Source: Octopus vulgaris (taxonomy: Eukaryota). From it: DNA of 64,000 nt. The notes below the pieces were generated by a model. The model worked only from the letters and a program-made list of their open reading frames with translations. It did no database searches and was not told where the DNA came from. Within the stretch, counting starts at the first letter, position 1; each line of letters begins with the position of its first letter. The position numbers and the translations under genes were made by a program. The stretch is taken from contig OX597839.1 in assembly GCA_951406725.2 (NCBI GenBank), positions 17,422,001 through 17,486,000 of the forward strand, written 5' to 3'. Shown here piece after piece: positions 13,970 to 26,976 of this stretch.

Positions 13970-14287
13970 TAACAGATGGAAAATGGTTTATTCACTACAG
14001 CTGTTTCAAACCAGTTTTTTTATTGATGAATAGTGTAATTACATCATGCAAAAGAAAAACACCATTTTCATCAGGTGAATATACACAAATTAAGCATTTT
14101 AGAAATAAAACATTTCAAGAATCAACATCATGTGCCACTTCATGATTCCTGGCTGAAACTAATTTGTGTATATTCCACCTGATGAAAATGCGTTTTTTTT
14201 TTCTTGCATGATGTAACCACACTATTCATCAATAAAAAAACTCATTTGAAACAGTTATAGTGAATGAACCACTCTCCATCTATTGCT
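13970..14287. repeat. Inverted repeat (~125-bp arms), PLE pLTR-like, each arm holding an HHR motif
   Basis: Arms 13970-14092 and 14160-14287 are reverse complements with scattered mismatches. Confidence 0.85.
13989..14081 (-). ncRNA. Type-I hammerhead ribozyme motif
   Basis: UAUUCAC-CUGAUGA-(stem II plus long loop)-GAAA-CAGCUG-UA-GUGAAUA: 7-bp stem I, palindromic stem III (ACAGCUGU), GUA cleavage triplet. Confidence 0.7.
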
Positions 14288-15499
14288 ATGTGTTTATTAT
14301 TCACCTTACTTGGAACCTGCAATTGGTGTGGATCTGCAATCTATTAAGCACAGTACAATTGGTACAGTGTGTGTTCCTATATAAAGCCTTGAGATTCGTA
14401 GTATATTCAATTGAGCACTCGTGATTGCATATGCAACTGGAATATATATCTGTCTGTACTTCAGTATGTACATATATGTTCCTCTAATTTTGCTTTGTAC
14501 ACAATTGCTATTTCTTTGATCCAAACTCCATGCTTTACTATTTAGGTACTTGATTCATTTGAATCCTGAACTCTTATATACACACATACATACACATATA
14601 TGTATACACATACATCATTTTGAAGTGTTCAAAGATGATTGTTCAGTTAATTCATCATTAAAATCACCAAATCATTTATCAGTCTACTTACATAATTGTC
14701 AATATAAAATTATTCATTTAAGCTCCTTCTTCAAAATTTTTTCTATCGATCTTACTGTTTTTCTACACACACACACACACTCTCTCTCTCTCTCCCCACA
14801 CACACATACACATACACACACAGGGTGCGGTAGAAGTAATACCCTTTATGCATTTAATAACTTTTGTAGTATAAATATGTTATTAAGTAATTTTTTATTG
14901 AACACAAATTTATTGCATTACTTAAAAAAGCAAATAATAAACTAATGAAAAAAATCACGAAGAGTAAATATGTAATGTGAGTTGATGTAAAATAGAGAGC
15001 ACTTTTTATTTCTGCTGCAGACACTCACTCTAGTCCTATCTATACTGTAAAGTCATTGGTGAGAGGTGAGTTATCCAGCTGTAAAATAGAACCATGTCAA
15101 AATGTAGAAAAGGACAAATGGGAGAGACATAGAGCAGTAAATAATACAATGTAGAGGAGACATTTTATTCCTGTTGCAGATAATTTTTTTTAGTGACTGT
15201 AGTATGGTAACATGTACCAATCCATTTTGTAAGGTTTGGTAATAGGGATGACAGGAAGCTGTCAAAAATCTATTCTAAAAGCAACAGAGACTGGCAACTA
15301 TCTTTGTTGCTAGGTTTGTGAGATGATAGGCCATTGGAACAGGACTGGGGATGTTGTAAGACCTAACCCATACAACCCATGTAAGCATAAATTGATGACA
15401 AAAATGATGATTGCAATAACAATGACAAGAAGTTGAGTCTAATTGCTTATGAACTGAGTAAGATGGAACAGAAAACTAAAAATATAAAAACTTTCTTAA

Positions 15500-16089
15500 C
15501 ACTTGACCTACCAACCCCATTTTGCACCATATTTTCTTTTGCACCAGCACTCAATTTCATTATAAGTTTTTCATTTATAACATTTTTCAACCATATATAC
15601 CTTCTAGTTTACTATATTAATTACCATATTGACTTATAAGCATGGGTCCCAGCAGTGACTCCTGTAACACAAAACAAATATTATAGTTAGTCTATACCAC
15701 AGGGTTTACTGTTAAAACATGTTAATATGCCTATTATAGCTCCATTTATGGACTTTTTTCATTTATTTATAGTTTTTTGCTACAGATTATATTTTAGATT
15801 ATATAAGCTTTAAAGGCTTCTTTTGCACAAAAATTATTTTATGGAAGGCAGCACTCCGATGATAGTGATGACAGTAACTTTCATCTTTCTGATATCAAAC
15901 CTAATCCTTCTAAGAGATACAAAGAAACAAGTGTTCTGTACATCTTCTAAAATTCAAATAATTTAGTTTGAACCACAGTAATGTGAGATTCCATAAAAAA
16001 CATCACCATTGAGAATCATCTGTGATTCCCATGGTACATTAAGATTGTAGCATGGGGAGTCAACAGTAATTCCCATGGTAGGCAAAGTG
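15500..16089 (+). mobile_element. piggyBac-like non-autonomous element
   Basis: TTAA|cacttgacctacca ... tggtaggcaaagtg|TTAA; subterminal attcccatggta repeats; acidic SDDSDDS-like remnant at ~15855; related end fragment at ~11055-11130. Confidence 0.7.
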
Positions 16090-16434
16090 TTAAAAGAAAC
16101 ATTAAAACAATTGTGTTATCATGAGACAATGAACAGACTGGTAAAATTTTGCCTCAAACTATGAACGTTCCGTCATCACTGTCATTGCTAATTTGATATA
16201 TACAAGCTGATGAAATAATAAACTCAGTAGAGTGACAATTAAATGACTTGTGGTATTTATTACATACCTTTACTTTCTGAATTTAAATCCTGCTAGAGCA
16301 GTCTGCCTTTCAGTTTTCAACTAATAAAATTAAGTACCAGTCAAGTATTGAGATTGGTATAATTGCTTACCATTCACCCTAAATTTGTGGTCAAGTGGTG
16401 TCAGAAATATACATACATGCTTATGTACTGTCTA

Positions 16435-16596
16435 GCAGTATATTCCTGATTATGATATAACTGGTCAGAAAGTTACCAACGTTTTCACAACAGCTATTAT
16501 CTGAGGAGTCATCAATATTTCCATATACAATACTTGGTGCAAAACCATTGGTCAATTTCTAGCCAGTTATATGCCATAACAAGGAATATAGTGCTC
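16435..16596. repeat. Imperfect inverted repeat (~55-bp arms)
   Basis: agcagtatattcctgattatgatataactgg.. versus ..ccagttatatgccataacaaggaatatagtgct. Confidence 0.6.
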
Positions 16597-16909
16597 AACA
16601 AGATAAGAGCATAATTACTTGTACTCTTTTTATAACTTATGAACAACTAACCAGTAATAGGTAAACACACACACACATTGTAATTTGTATGGGGAATTCC
16701 ATTAATTTCAGTTTTTGTCTGTAAAAATTGCTATGCATTATTTTCAAACTGATGCTTGGTATTTTATACTGAAATCATTCTTGTCAGTTAATTGGAAGAA
16801 ATATATTCTGTATAGGAAAACTTATTTAGTTTTGTAAAATAATTTTTGGCTGAAATAAGACTTCAACTCTTAGATTTACAATCTCTCTCTCTCTCAATAT
16901 ATATATATA

Positions 16910-17487
16910 TTTATCTCTACAGATTTTCTATAGAATTTGGAGCCAGCACTGAGGGTTACAACATTTCATATATGAATACATCTATGTAAACAATTCAATC
17001 GAAGATAGAAAAATATGCAAAGGGTGTATATACATAATTCAAGAGTTATTGCTTCTTCAGTACCATTAACTATTCACAAAAACATTGCTTAAAAAAACCT
17101 CTAAGTTTAGTGGTGTAACACTATTAAATAAACCAATTTACATCTTCAACACATTCCTGGTAACTGGTACATATATATGAATTGCTGGTAGGGACACAGT
17201 ATTTTGTTTTGCTACCATAATTGTTATGTGTGTACCAGTTGCTAGGAATGTATTTAGTATGTGAATTGCTCCATCCAGTAGTGTTACACTGCTAAACTTA
17301 GTAGCTATTTAAGCAATGTATTTGAGGATGTAGTGCTGAAGAAGGAGCAATAACTTCTGAAATATGCATATACACCTATTGCTTATTTTTCTGTCTTTGA
17401 TCTCATTGTTTATATAGACATTTATATATGAAATGTCATAACTTTCATTGCTGGCTCTAAATTCTATAGAAAATTTGTAGAAATAAA
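16910..17487. repeat. Large imperfect palindrome (~280-bp arms, ~20-nt loop), PLE pLTR-like
   Basis: tttatctctacagattttctatagaatttggagccagc ... gctggctctaaattctatagaaaatttgtagaaataaa; centre at ~17192-17211; the centre is copied again, inverted, at ~17560-17592. Confidence 0.85.
17330..17378 (+). ncRNA. Minimal hammerhead ribozyme motif
   Basis: gtagtg-CTGAAGA-aggag caataa cttct-GAAA-tatgcata-TA-cacc; palindromic stem III (ATATGCATAT); short stem I. Confidence 0.55.
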
Positions 17488-18813
17488 CTGAAAACAATGC
17501 ACCACTAACACAGAAGAAAGCAGTATTGACTTACAAACCTTTAATATACCTTGTAGTATATTATGGTTGCAAAACAAAATACTGTCTCCTACAAGAATAT
17601 ATCTATAGCGGGGTTGATTGGTACAGAATCTTGCCCCAGTGCTTATCCCTTATTTTTTTGTGAGATTTCTAAGTTGTTTAACTTTGTTCCATTATAGTTA
17701 TGTAGACAAATGAACATTCTAATATAGCAGTAAATGTTCATGGAGGACTTTGGGATTATATCTCTCAACCTAGACATTTCAAAATGTCTTACTTCCAGCA
17801 TATGTATGTCTCAGCTGTAATCAAGCAGTATTCTGCTGCTGTAATTCAATGTAAGCAAAACTGCATATTTCATCATCTTTTGCTGTAATACCAGTTATAA
17901 GTGATGACTTATAACAGCATTGAGAATGAATAAAACCAGCTCAACCCACCCCAGGTGAATGCTGTCTCAAGACAAGACAAGAAGAATGCCAGTTATCTTT
18001 CTCACCACTCTGAACTTCTTCACCTGACATCCATACCTCATTCTAAATATCGTCCACATTTTACATTGATCAGAGAGTGCTACCAAATTATCTCCCCTTT
18101 TCCACCATCATACGTCTCACTCTTCTCCACATGCACAACTTGTCTTCCCCCTCACATTCTTACAACTTACTCACCCACATCTTATCTGTCTTTTCTCCTA
18201 TCCTTTTCTTATCTACTATATCATTATTACTGTTCTACTGCTCTTTGTCTCTTTCTGTACTGTCAGTCATCACTTATTCTCCCCTATTTTCCCTACAACT
18301 TCTATGTATCAGCAATCACCCATTACCTTGCCCACCATTTTCTACAGCTACGCCTCAACCCTACCCAATCTCTACAATCATCACTTACTCTGCCCTACCT
18401 TTTGCCCAATATGTATTTATCATTGAGCACTCTTCAATTGTTATTTTACATTCATTATATTCATCCCTCACCCATTGTATAGACCTTTGCACTCCCTATA
18501 CAGTATTGTTATTTTTACTCACCTACAAAACTATTGATTATATTGACTTTTGAGATTGTTTAACCCATAGATTTATATAACAATATAAAGTGTCAAATTA
18601 TTGATGCTGTTGTACATTTAAGCCATATTTTCCAACTATAATTTATATATTTCAGTGGCATATCTGAAAATGGAAAATCAGTTCCTATGATCCTTTTAAA
18701 CATGTTTGTTACTGGTGGGAGGGAAAGATGATGTTACCCTCAGATTGGAGGCCTTGAACTTGTAACTAAGTGAATTCTGTTGAAATCACCCAGGAGTCAA
18801 GTATTGGTTTTAA

Positions 18814-19029
18814 CCCTTTAGCATTTAAACCAGCCATATCTGGTCCAAATACTTCACATGATTTATGTTCAAACCTGCCAGATCCAACCTGTCACACCTC
18901 CCCTACAATGTCATTCTAACAAACATTACATCGTTGAAATTTCAAAGCTATGATATAATACATGATTAATTCTAAACAATGTGAATAAATAAGCATTACA
19001 TTTGAGAGAGTCATCTGAATGCTAAAGGG
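18814..19029 (+). mobile_element. piggyBac-type MITE (216 bp)
   Basis: TTAA|ccctttagcatt ... aatgctaaaggg|TTAA. Confidence 0.85.
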
Positions 19030-20029
19030 TTAAACTAGGCAATGGATTAAGTCTACAGCTCAAGAGCAGGCAGGAGTTGATTGATTGCAGCTGTTTGGAT
19101 GCTGACGATGGGATACAGCTGACTGAACATTCAGCCTGTTTTGGTAACAGTACATTTTGGTGTTGGAGGCAAACACATATGCACAAAAATTTACATATAC
19201 AGATAGAAATTGTGAGAGACATTACTATTTGTTAATTGAACTCTCCTCATTCACATCATCAACATCATTTAACATCCATTCTCCGTGTTGGCATGGATAG
19301 GACAGTTTGACCAAAGCTGACAAGTAGGAGAGCTGCACCTGGTTCCTGTCTGATTTAGCTTGGTTTCTACAGCTGGATGCCCTTCCTAATAGCAACCACT
19401 TTACAGAGTGTGCTGGGGGATTTTTTATATGGCACAAGCATGGGAGATTTTTACATGGCACTAGCACAGGTGATTTTACATAGCGCTAGCACAGGGCTCT
19501 TGGAGGCCAGTCTTCTGCAGCAGAGGAACAGCATAAATAATTCTACTGTGGAGAACTGGTCTTCTTGCGTATAGAGGAGAAATATACTTACACACATAGA
19601 CTGAAAGAAAGAGAGAGAGGGGGGAGAAGGTGGGAAAAGAAGGAGGAATAGAAAAACATTAAAATATCTGATGTCAAAATAAGTCATTTCATCAATGATG
19701 CCAAACAGCTGTACCAAAATGTCTCATCATCCTTAGGGCATGAGATTTCACTGTGACAGGTTTCTCTCTAATGAATTTCACCTACAAATCTTTCATTGAC
19801 CTGAGGATTGGATAGATGACCCTTGCTCAAGGTACCACATAGTGGGAGCAAACTCAAAACCATGCTGTCACAAAGCTGATTTCTTAACCACCAAGCCATG
19901 TAGCATACTTAATGTAGCAAGCCTCAGAAATCTTAATAGAAAATTTATGCAGTGATGAAAACCACTGCATTATTTTACTCATTTTAGTTCATACAATAGA
20001 CAACTACAAGTATGTTTCAATCTCTTTAA

Positions 20030-20290
20030 ACCTTCTCAGCAATCTTTTTAACCATTGCTGTTAGTCATAAGTCCTTTTATTCTTATAGCTTCTTTCCTCA
20101 AACTGCCGCTCTTTGGAATTTACTACCCTCATCTTGTTTTCATGTGGTCTATGATATTCAGTCCTTAAATTTTTCTGTCATTCAGCATCCTTTGAGTTTG
20201 TAGATCTGTTCTTTACCTTCTCTGTAGTCCCTTACACTACAGTGACACCAAGCCTTATTTGGGACAGAATTGTGTATAAAAGAAAAAAAT
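20030..20290 (+). mobile_element. LINE (CR1/Jockey-like) 3' remnant
   Basis: FFPQTAALWNLLPSSCF-like C-terminal motif, followed by a UTR and an A-rich end. Confidence 0.45.
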
Positions 20291-22542
20291 CCACTTTATC
20301 AACTGCATAAGCCGCAATGAGATTTGAACCCAGAAAGTAAAGAACCAGAATAAATATTGATTTCAAATTTTGGCATAAGGCCAGAGAGTCAATTAGATCA
20401 ACCCCAGTTCTCAACTGGTACTTATACTATTGGCTTTGAAAGAATGAAAGGCAAAATTGATCTTGGTGGAATTTGTACTCTAAATGTGAAGACTGACAAA
20501 ATGCCACTAAGAGTTTTGCTTGGCATACTACTTCACTGCTTAAGTATGGTAAGACCAAACTTACAAAATTGCAGCAATGAGAGAATTATTATGTAGATAT
20601 ACAATACTGTATACAAATAGGCATGCCTATATTGTCTTTTATTGATGGTTAAATGTAGGTTTATTACAGTTAGAAATATATTTTGCATTTCAAGAGAAAA
20701 ATCTTAGCAACTTTGAAAATATATATTTGAAAGTGTTTTTTTTATTTTTGCTTATATTTTGAAAATTATATTAACTGAGAGTGAAATTATAATAGTCAAT
20801 TTTCAAAATGATTCTAGACATAACAAATACAAGTTTGTCTGACCTAGAGTAAGGAATTTTCTGGTTATCCAAATATTGTTTTAGTGTGGTGTATGAGTGA
20901 TTGATCAGTTGATTGATCTATTGCTTAAGGTTCATATTTAATGCAACACCAAGACTTTTGGCCTCATCAAAAATAGGAATGCTGGTGCCATTTAGACAGA
21001 TGTTTTCAATAATAAATTAATCATATTTTTTCAGCGATGGGAAAGAACTTATTATTTCAGATATTTTGGCATTTCTTTGAAACATTGACCATTCATCCAT
21101 TTATTGATATTTTATTAATAATGGCCAAAATATCATTTTTGAGAGTTTTCTATGAGAAGTGGTGGAATGGTAGGGGAGATCTGGGACACGTGAAGGGTTC
21201 AGTGATCACCTGGGTAACCATAGACTACGAAAACAAGACCTTTTAGTTAAGGTATGAAAATTGTAAATGTAAATATTGATTTTTTTCCCCTCTATTTACT
21301 TATTTTTTATTATTGTTATTTTTTATTATTGGCATGACGCCTCAGACTTATAGGTGAGTGGAGATAATAAAATTGTTCAATGTTGATGTCTTTCTCAAGA
21401 GTATTAACAATGCAAGTAAGCTGAAATAGATAGACTCAATTACTGAAACCAGAGCATAACAAGATCTCTATAAAACAGAAAAGAAAATAAGAAAAACAAA
21501 AAATAAAAGGAAAAGAAGTGACTGTAATAATATTTTTTTATTAGGGTAAAAATTATATTTATTTCACCCAATTTCAAATTGATTTTTTTCTGTTAAGGTG
21601 TCGGACCACATACTGACCAGATTGCCAACGTTACTACTACAGATATTGCGTGTGCTTTGTCTGAATATTAATATAATTCTGCTACTTGCTCCAGCTGACC
21701 TGATTGACATAAAACAGGTCCTAGGGAAGCAGATATGGCTATGTGGTTAAGGAGTTTAGTTCACAACCATGTGGCTTCAAAGTTCCAATTTTGATTACAT
21801 TAAGGACCGAGATATCTGGTACACTGCTGTACTCAAGAAGACTTGTCTTCCACAGTAGCATTGATGCTGGTGCTTGTGCCACATAAGAAGTACTTTCGCT
21901 GGTGCCACTTAAAAAGCACTGGTACTTGTGCCACATTAAAAGTACTGGTTCCACATAAAAATCATTCAGTATACTCTGTGGAGTAGTTGGCATTAGGAAG
22001 GGCATCCAGCCATAGAAACCATGCTAGAGCAGACAATGTAGCCTGGTGCAACCCCTGGTCTTACCAACCCCAGTCAAATTGAAAAATGGACGTTAAATGA
22101 TGATGATGATTATGTGTCTCTATGGATAGGGCACTTCTTCTGTAGTCTTGGTTCGCTAATATTTTGTGAGTAGGAATTTGTAGACTGAAACTGTATGGTT
22201 GCACATTGTGTATATATTTGTGTGTAGGAGATGGGGAGTACTAACAGATGGACAAAAAGCTAGATAGATGTATGTGGATGTGTTCATATATGCATATCTA
22301 TATGAAAGAATACAGAAGAAAGAGATGAACAGACAGACACACAGATAGATGTGTGCATGTGTTTTTGTACATATACTTGTATAACTAGCTTAAATTGGTA
22401 AATTGAGCTTAGTGATATTTATGTCCCTAAAAGATGTCACACAAATATAGGTGAACTTAGATACTTAGCTTGGCGTTGACCAATACATCGTTAGTGAAAT
22501 TTGGTAGGCACACACATCTATCTATCTCTATAACTGTTTGTA

Positions 22543-22587
<45 letters not shown>

Positions 22588-23272
22588 TTGTTCAAGTCAT
22601 CACACAATCATGGAAATTTGAATACAGAATATTAAAAAGAAAATTATATACATTATTATTATGATTACTAATTCCTGAATCCCTGACTATGCTTGTAAAG
22701 GAGTTTACATCTGACAGACATTGTTATGCATTTAAGAAGTTTGCTTTAATGACATGGTTTTGGATTTAGCCCAACTGTACAGCACGTTGGGCAAGTGTCA
22801 ACCAAATCTTTGTGAGTGCATGGAAGTCTTTCAGCTTTTACTAGTTTCACTCATTGGACTGTGGCTATGATGAAGCAAATTGACCCCACCAATCTTAGTA
22901 AGTCCAGTATTTACTCTATCAGTCTCTTACTCAACTGCTAAGTTATGGTGACATGAACAATCCAACTTTCTGCACTGCTGACGATTGGGTCATACCTGAT
23001 GTGTTCAAATTACGAATGCCAGGAACTCAGTTCCAGTTGATTTTTATATCCATAACCACCATGAGATGCATGTGCATTTCGGTTTGCATGACAATTGTTT
23101 GTGACTGTCACCCATGGCATTCAGTACAGCTGCATTTTGGCACTTCATTTCAGGGAAAGTTGAAATGATACCTGCAATTTGGGTCTCATCCCCAAATTAA
23201 ATTTTCAGAATTTACCATATAAAAATGACATTTGAAAAAAACGTGTGTTTATTTTTTTTTCATGTTTTGCAT

Positions 23273-23438
23273 AAGCGCAGGAGTGGGTGTGTGGTAAGTA
23301 GCTTGCTTACCAACCACATGGTTCCGGGTTCAGTCCCACTGCGTGGCATCTTGGGCAACTGTCTTCTGCTATAGCCCTGGGCCGACCAATGCCTTGTGAG
23401 TGGATTTGGTTGACGGAAACTGAAAGAAGCCTGTCGTA

Positions 23439-23483
<45 letters not shown>

Positions 23484-23712
23484 GTATGTATGTGTGTATA
23501 TGTTTGTGTGTCTGTGTTTGTCCCCCTAGCATTGCTTGACAACCGATGGTGGTGTGTTTACGTCCCTGTAACTTACCTGTTCGGCAAAAGAGACCGATAG
23601 AATAAGTACTGGGCTTACAAAGAATAAGTCCCAGGGTCGATTTGCTCGACTAAAGGCGGTGCTCCAGCATGGTCACAGTCAAATGACTGAAACAAGTAAA
23701 AGAGTAAAGAGT
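23273..23712 (+). mobile_element. tRNA-derived SINE family A, young full-length copy
   Basis: A-box-like gtgtgtggtaag, B-box gggttcagtccc, central (TA)/(TG) tract and gtaaaagag tail; near-identical copies at 30041-30443 and 37720-38119. Confidence 0.85.
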
Positions 23713-24245
23713 ATATATATATATATATACTCTTTACTCTTTATATACAGAGAGAATATATGTACTATGTGTTGTAAAGCATAACATGTAATCAAAGTTC
23801 TGCTAAACACAGAGGAAATAAATTAAAAGATAATATAATGTTTCAACAAACAATTATGTAATCCTGGCAGTTAATTTGTCAAAATATGTTTATGTTTTAT
23901 AAAGCATAAAATACTATATCACCATGAGAAGCAATCTATTTCTTGTCTTTCAAAGCTTCTTAGTTTGTGTGGTATAAACAACACTGGTTGTGTTTCAGTT
24001 AATTTTGGAAGCATAATGTGGTAACATAACTTTGTTGTTATGACACTGGTATTTGGAACATCAAATTAACATCAAATCTTGATTGAAGGTTTTAATTGAG
24101 TGTATTTAAGTACAGGAAATCTTTACCATGGACCTAGTGACAGTATCAGGCAAGCTGGTATCAGAAGACTCAAAACAATGTTTAAAGTGTGTGTATTTAC
24201 ATTATTTACATTTGATGGATATTTGTCCTCATCTTGTTTGTTGTT

Positions 24246-24291
24246 AACACAATGTTTCAGCTGATATATACTCCAGCCTTCATCAGGTGTC
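24246..24291 (-). ncRNA. Minimal hammerhead ribozyme in PLE pLTR
   Basis: GACAC-CUGAUGA-aggcug gaguauauau cagcu-GAAA-C(A)UU-GUGUU; stem III appears to have a CG>CA change. Confidence 0.7.
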
Positions 24292-24356
24292 TTGAAGAAA
24301 TTTTGATCTTGGGTTCTCATTCCTAAGGTATTTTTCAATGTTATTATTATTATTCG

Positions 24357-24429
24357 GGTCACTGCCTGGAATCAAACTGGAAATCTTGGGGTTAGTAGCC
24401 CATGCTCTTAACCACTACGCCATATGCCC
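24357..24429 (-). other. tRNA-like module (73 nt; Pol III A/B boxes) inside the PLE 3' region
   Basis: gggcatatggcgtagtggttaagagcatgggctactaaccccaagatttccagtttgattccaggcagtgacc; acceptor and T stems pair poorly, so it is not a functional tRNA. Confidence 0.6.
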
Positions 24430-24436
24430 ATGGACA

Positions 24437-25675
24437 ATTATGAAGTGAATTTTAGGGCTTTTAAATCTAATATTTTCCTATCCTTCCTTAATACTGGTTC
24501 CCATATGCTATTCATATCTACACTCAGTCTGCTTGGGAGGTTGTTATGTCCTAGCATATGTGCTGCTTCTTTTAGTTTTCATATTTTCCTGTAGTGTTCT
24601 CTGTCTATTATTTTAACTTCATTCAACAGGGGGAGGTGGTCTCCATTCATCTATACAAGATCAGCTATACTTGATTTATCAATATCTCCTTGTGTCACAG
24701 CTTTGCTATGTTCCTCTACCCTTATTTTGAGGTGGTGGCATGTTTCGCCTTTGTATAACCTACCATAGCTGCATGGGATAGAGTACATGCAGTTTTTGGT
24801 CATATTCTCTTTTATTGTTGATTTTACCCGAAGGACATATTTGTGAAGTGTTGTATTACTCTTGAATACTGTCCTGATGTCATATGGGCCACATATCTTT
24901 TGTATCTTTTCAGAGAGCCCTTTCAGATAGGGTAGACAGACTATAGACACTTTATTGGTTTCATCCTCTCTTTTCTTCATAATTGGAGTAGACAGTATGT
25001 TTTGGGGTAGTTGTTGCTTAATAGATTGTTACTTGAACTTGATCATTTCTTTGTGGTGGGTATCACAATCACTACTTATATTCTTTGCTCGATGTTTTAG
25101 GCACTGAGCAATTCCTCTCTTTACACTGTATGGATGGTGGGAATTGAAGTTTAAGTATCATCCAGTGAAGGTCGGCTTGCAGTATATGGATGTCCTGAAT
25201 CCATACTTGGTGTGTGTTATTAATACGTCCAGGAATGCTAGCTGATTGTCTTTTTCCTTCTCCATTGTCAACTGTGTGGATGGCTTTACTGAGTTCACAT
25301 GATCTAACAGCACTTGGACATCTTCCTGGTGGGACCAGAGAATAAAGGTGTCATCAATATATCGCAGCCTTAGGGCTGGCTTTAGTGGTGTTGATCCTAA
25401 ACCCAAATTCTCAAAGTATTCCATGTATATATTGGCTATTATCGGTGATGAGTGCAAACCCATAGCTAAACCCTCTTCTTGCCAATATATATTAGTGTCC
25501 ATACTGAAATAGGTACTTTCTACACAGAAGGTCCAAGGTTCCATCAAGTTTCTTATTGGTATACTCGTGTGTTCTTTTAGATGGGTGTGTGTCACTAGTT
25601 TTTCTTGAATCACCAATAGTGCTTCACCAGTTGGGATTTTGGTGAACAGACTTATCACATCTACAACAAACAAGA
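24437..25675 (-). pseudogene. PLE RT/GIY-YIG ORF, disrupted
   Basis: ORFs 25158-25673 and 24651-24980 plus read-through segments containing stops and frameshifts. Confidence 0.88.
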
Positions 25676-26976
25676 TGAGGACAATTAGTCGTCAAATGTA
25701 AATAATGTAAATAATTCGTCATCTCTTAAATATAGACCTGTATTATTATTTACATGGTTGTAAAGGTGCATGGCCTAATGGTTAGGATCTTAAATTCACA
25801 ATCACAAGATCATAATTTCAATTCCAAACTAGGCAGTGTGTTATGTTTTGGAGCAAAGCACTTCATTTCACTTTGCTCCAGTTCATTCACCTATAAATGA
25901 GTAACCTCGCATTCAACTGGTATCCAGTTTCAAATAGTACTTTTTTTACTATGTTACTATATAATCTTCAGTCATCACCAGATACTTTATTTTTGGATGT
26001 GTACATACTATTAAATTAAACCCAAACTGGAAAACTTCATTTCTAAAATTCCTTGTAAAGTTTATAGTAATATTCTTAAGTTAGAGCTAAAGGTTCTCTA
26101 GTTTAAATTCAATAAGAGATTGTAAAAACACCCAGGAATAAGACACTTGAGAGCAATGTCAGACCAAAGTGATGGAAACATAGTAGAGATGTAAATATTG
26201 AAATATATCTCATCCATTTATGTATTGTGCTTAATGTAAATACATTGTGACATGTGAAATTTACTGTGGTATTGGATTTCATCTAAGCATTGCTGGCTGT
26301 GAGTATATGTTATTGATAACACCCAATGAGGTGGGAAAACATCTCAGTTGGGGTGAGTTCCTATCATCCTCCACTATGCACATATTGTGTTTCTAAACAC
26401 AATGCATCTATTGGAGATATTATCTCTGGAGGAAAATTTTACTTAATGTATGTACATTGAATATGATACAGAAATGGCTATTTTAATCTTATACTGCTTC
26501 TGTTGCACATAACATTTTTCATAATTTCCAAAGACATCATTAATAGTTGTAAAAATTTGATTATGAACAATCTCAAATATTAAGATCTGTGGTTCACTCT
26601 AGGTCAATCAAAAAAATTTACTAGAATTCTTTGCACTGAAAGTTTTACAAAATATTTTAAAGTAAAAAATTTAGAAAAAATATATATAGAAAATTATTGG
26701 CTGGTTTTATTAATCATACTTAAATGTAAAATAATGAATAAATTTTTTTTTCTTTCTCTCAGATATCTAAATATTAATATGGATTTGCTCTTCTAAAGAA
26801 CAAAATTACATTTTTTTAAAAATTTGTAGCACACCATTTAAGAAACACTGGATTAGACATTTGATAAAAAAGATTTAATTTGATTAAGAATATACCATGT
26901 AATCCAACTTTAATCACGTTTTATTATGAATTTTTAACATCACAAGAGTACATATGTATGTAATATATGTATGTAT

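Larger units (their letters stand above)
24194..25740 (-). mobile_element. Penelope-like retroelement (RT + GIY-YIG), 5'-truncated, with inverted pLTR fragment
   Basis: RT motifs DVISLFTKIP, QEEGLAMG..SPIIANIYME, LRYIDDTF and LAFLDV; GIY-YIG CMYSIPCSYGRLYKGET..RVEEH; 24196-24244 reappears inverted at 25663-25711. Confidence 0.92.

Noticed and set aside
18505-18535. Minus-strand AG|GTGAGT
   Set aside because: Very short pyrimidine tract and a competing AG about 8 nt upstream; serves as a chance-level control.
17955-18553. 175-aa and 158-aa ORFs
   Set aside because: Pyrimidine-rich low-complexity sequence with no recognisable domain.
24357-24429. Functional tRNA gene
   Set aside because: Acceptor and T stems do not pair properly and the B box is degenerate; kept only as a tRNA-like module.
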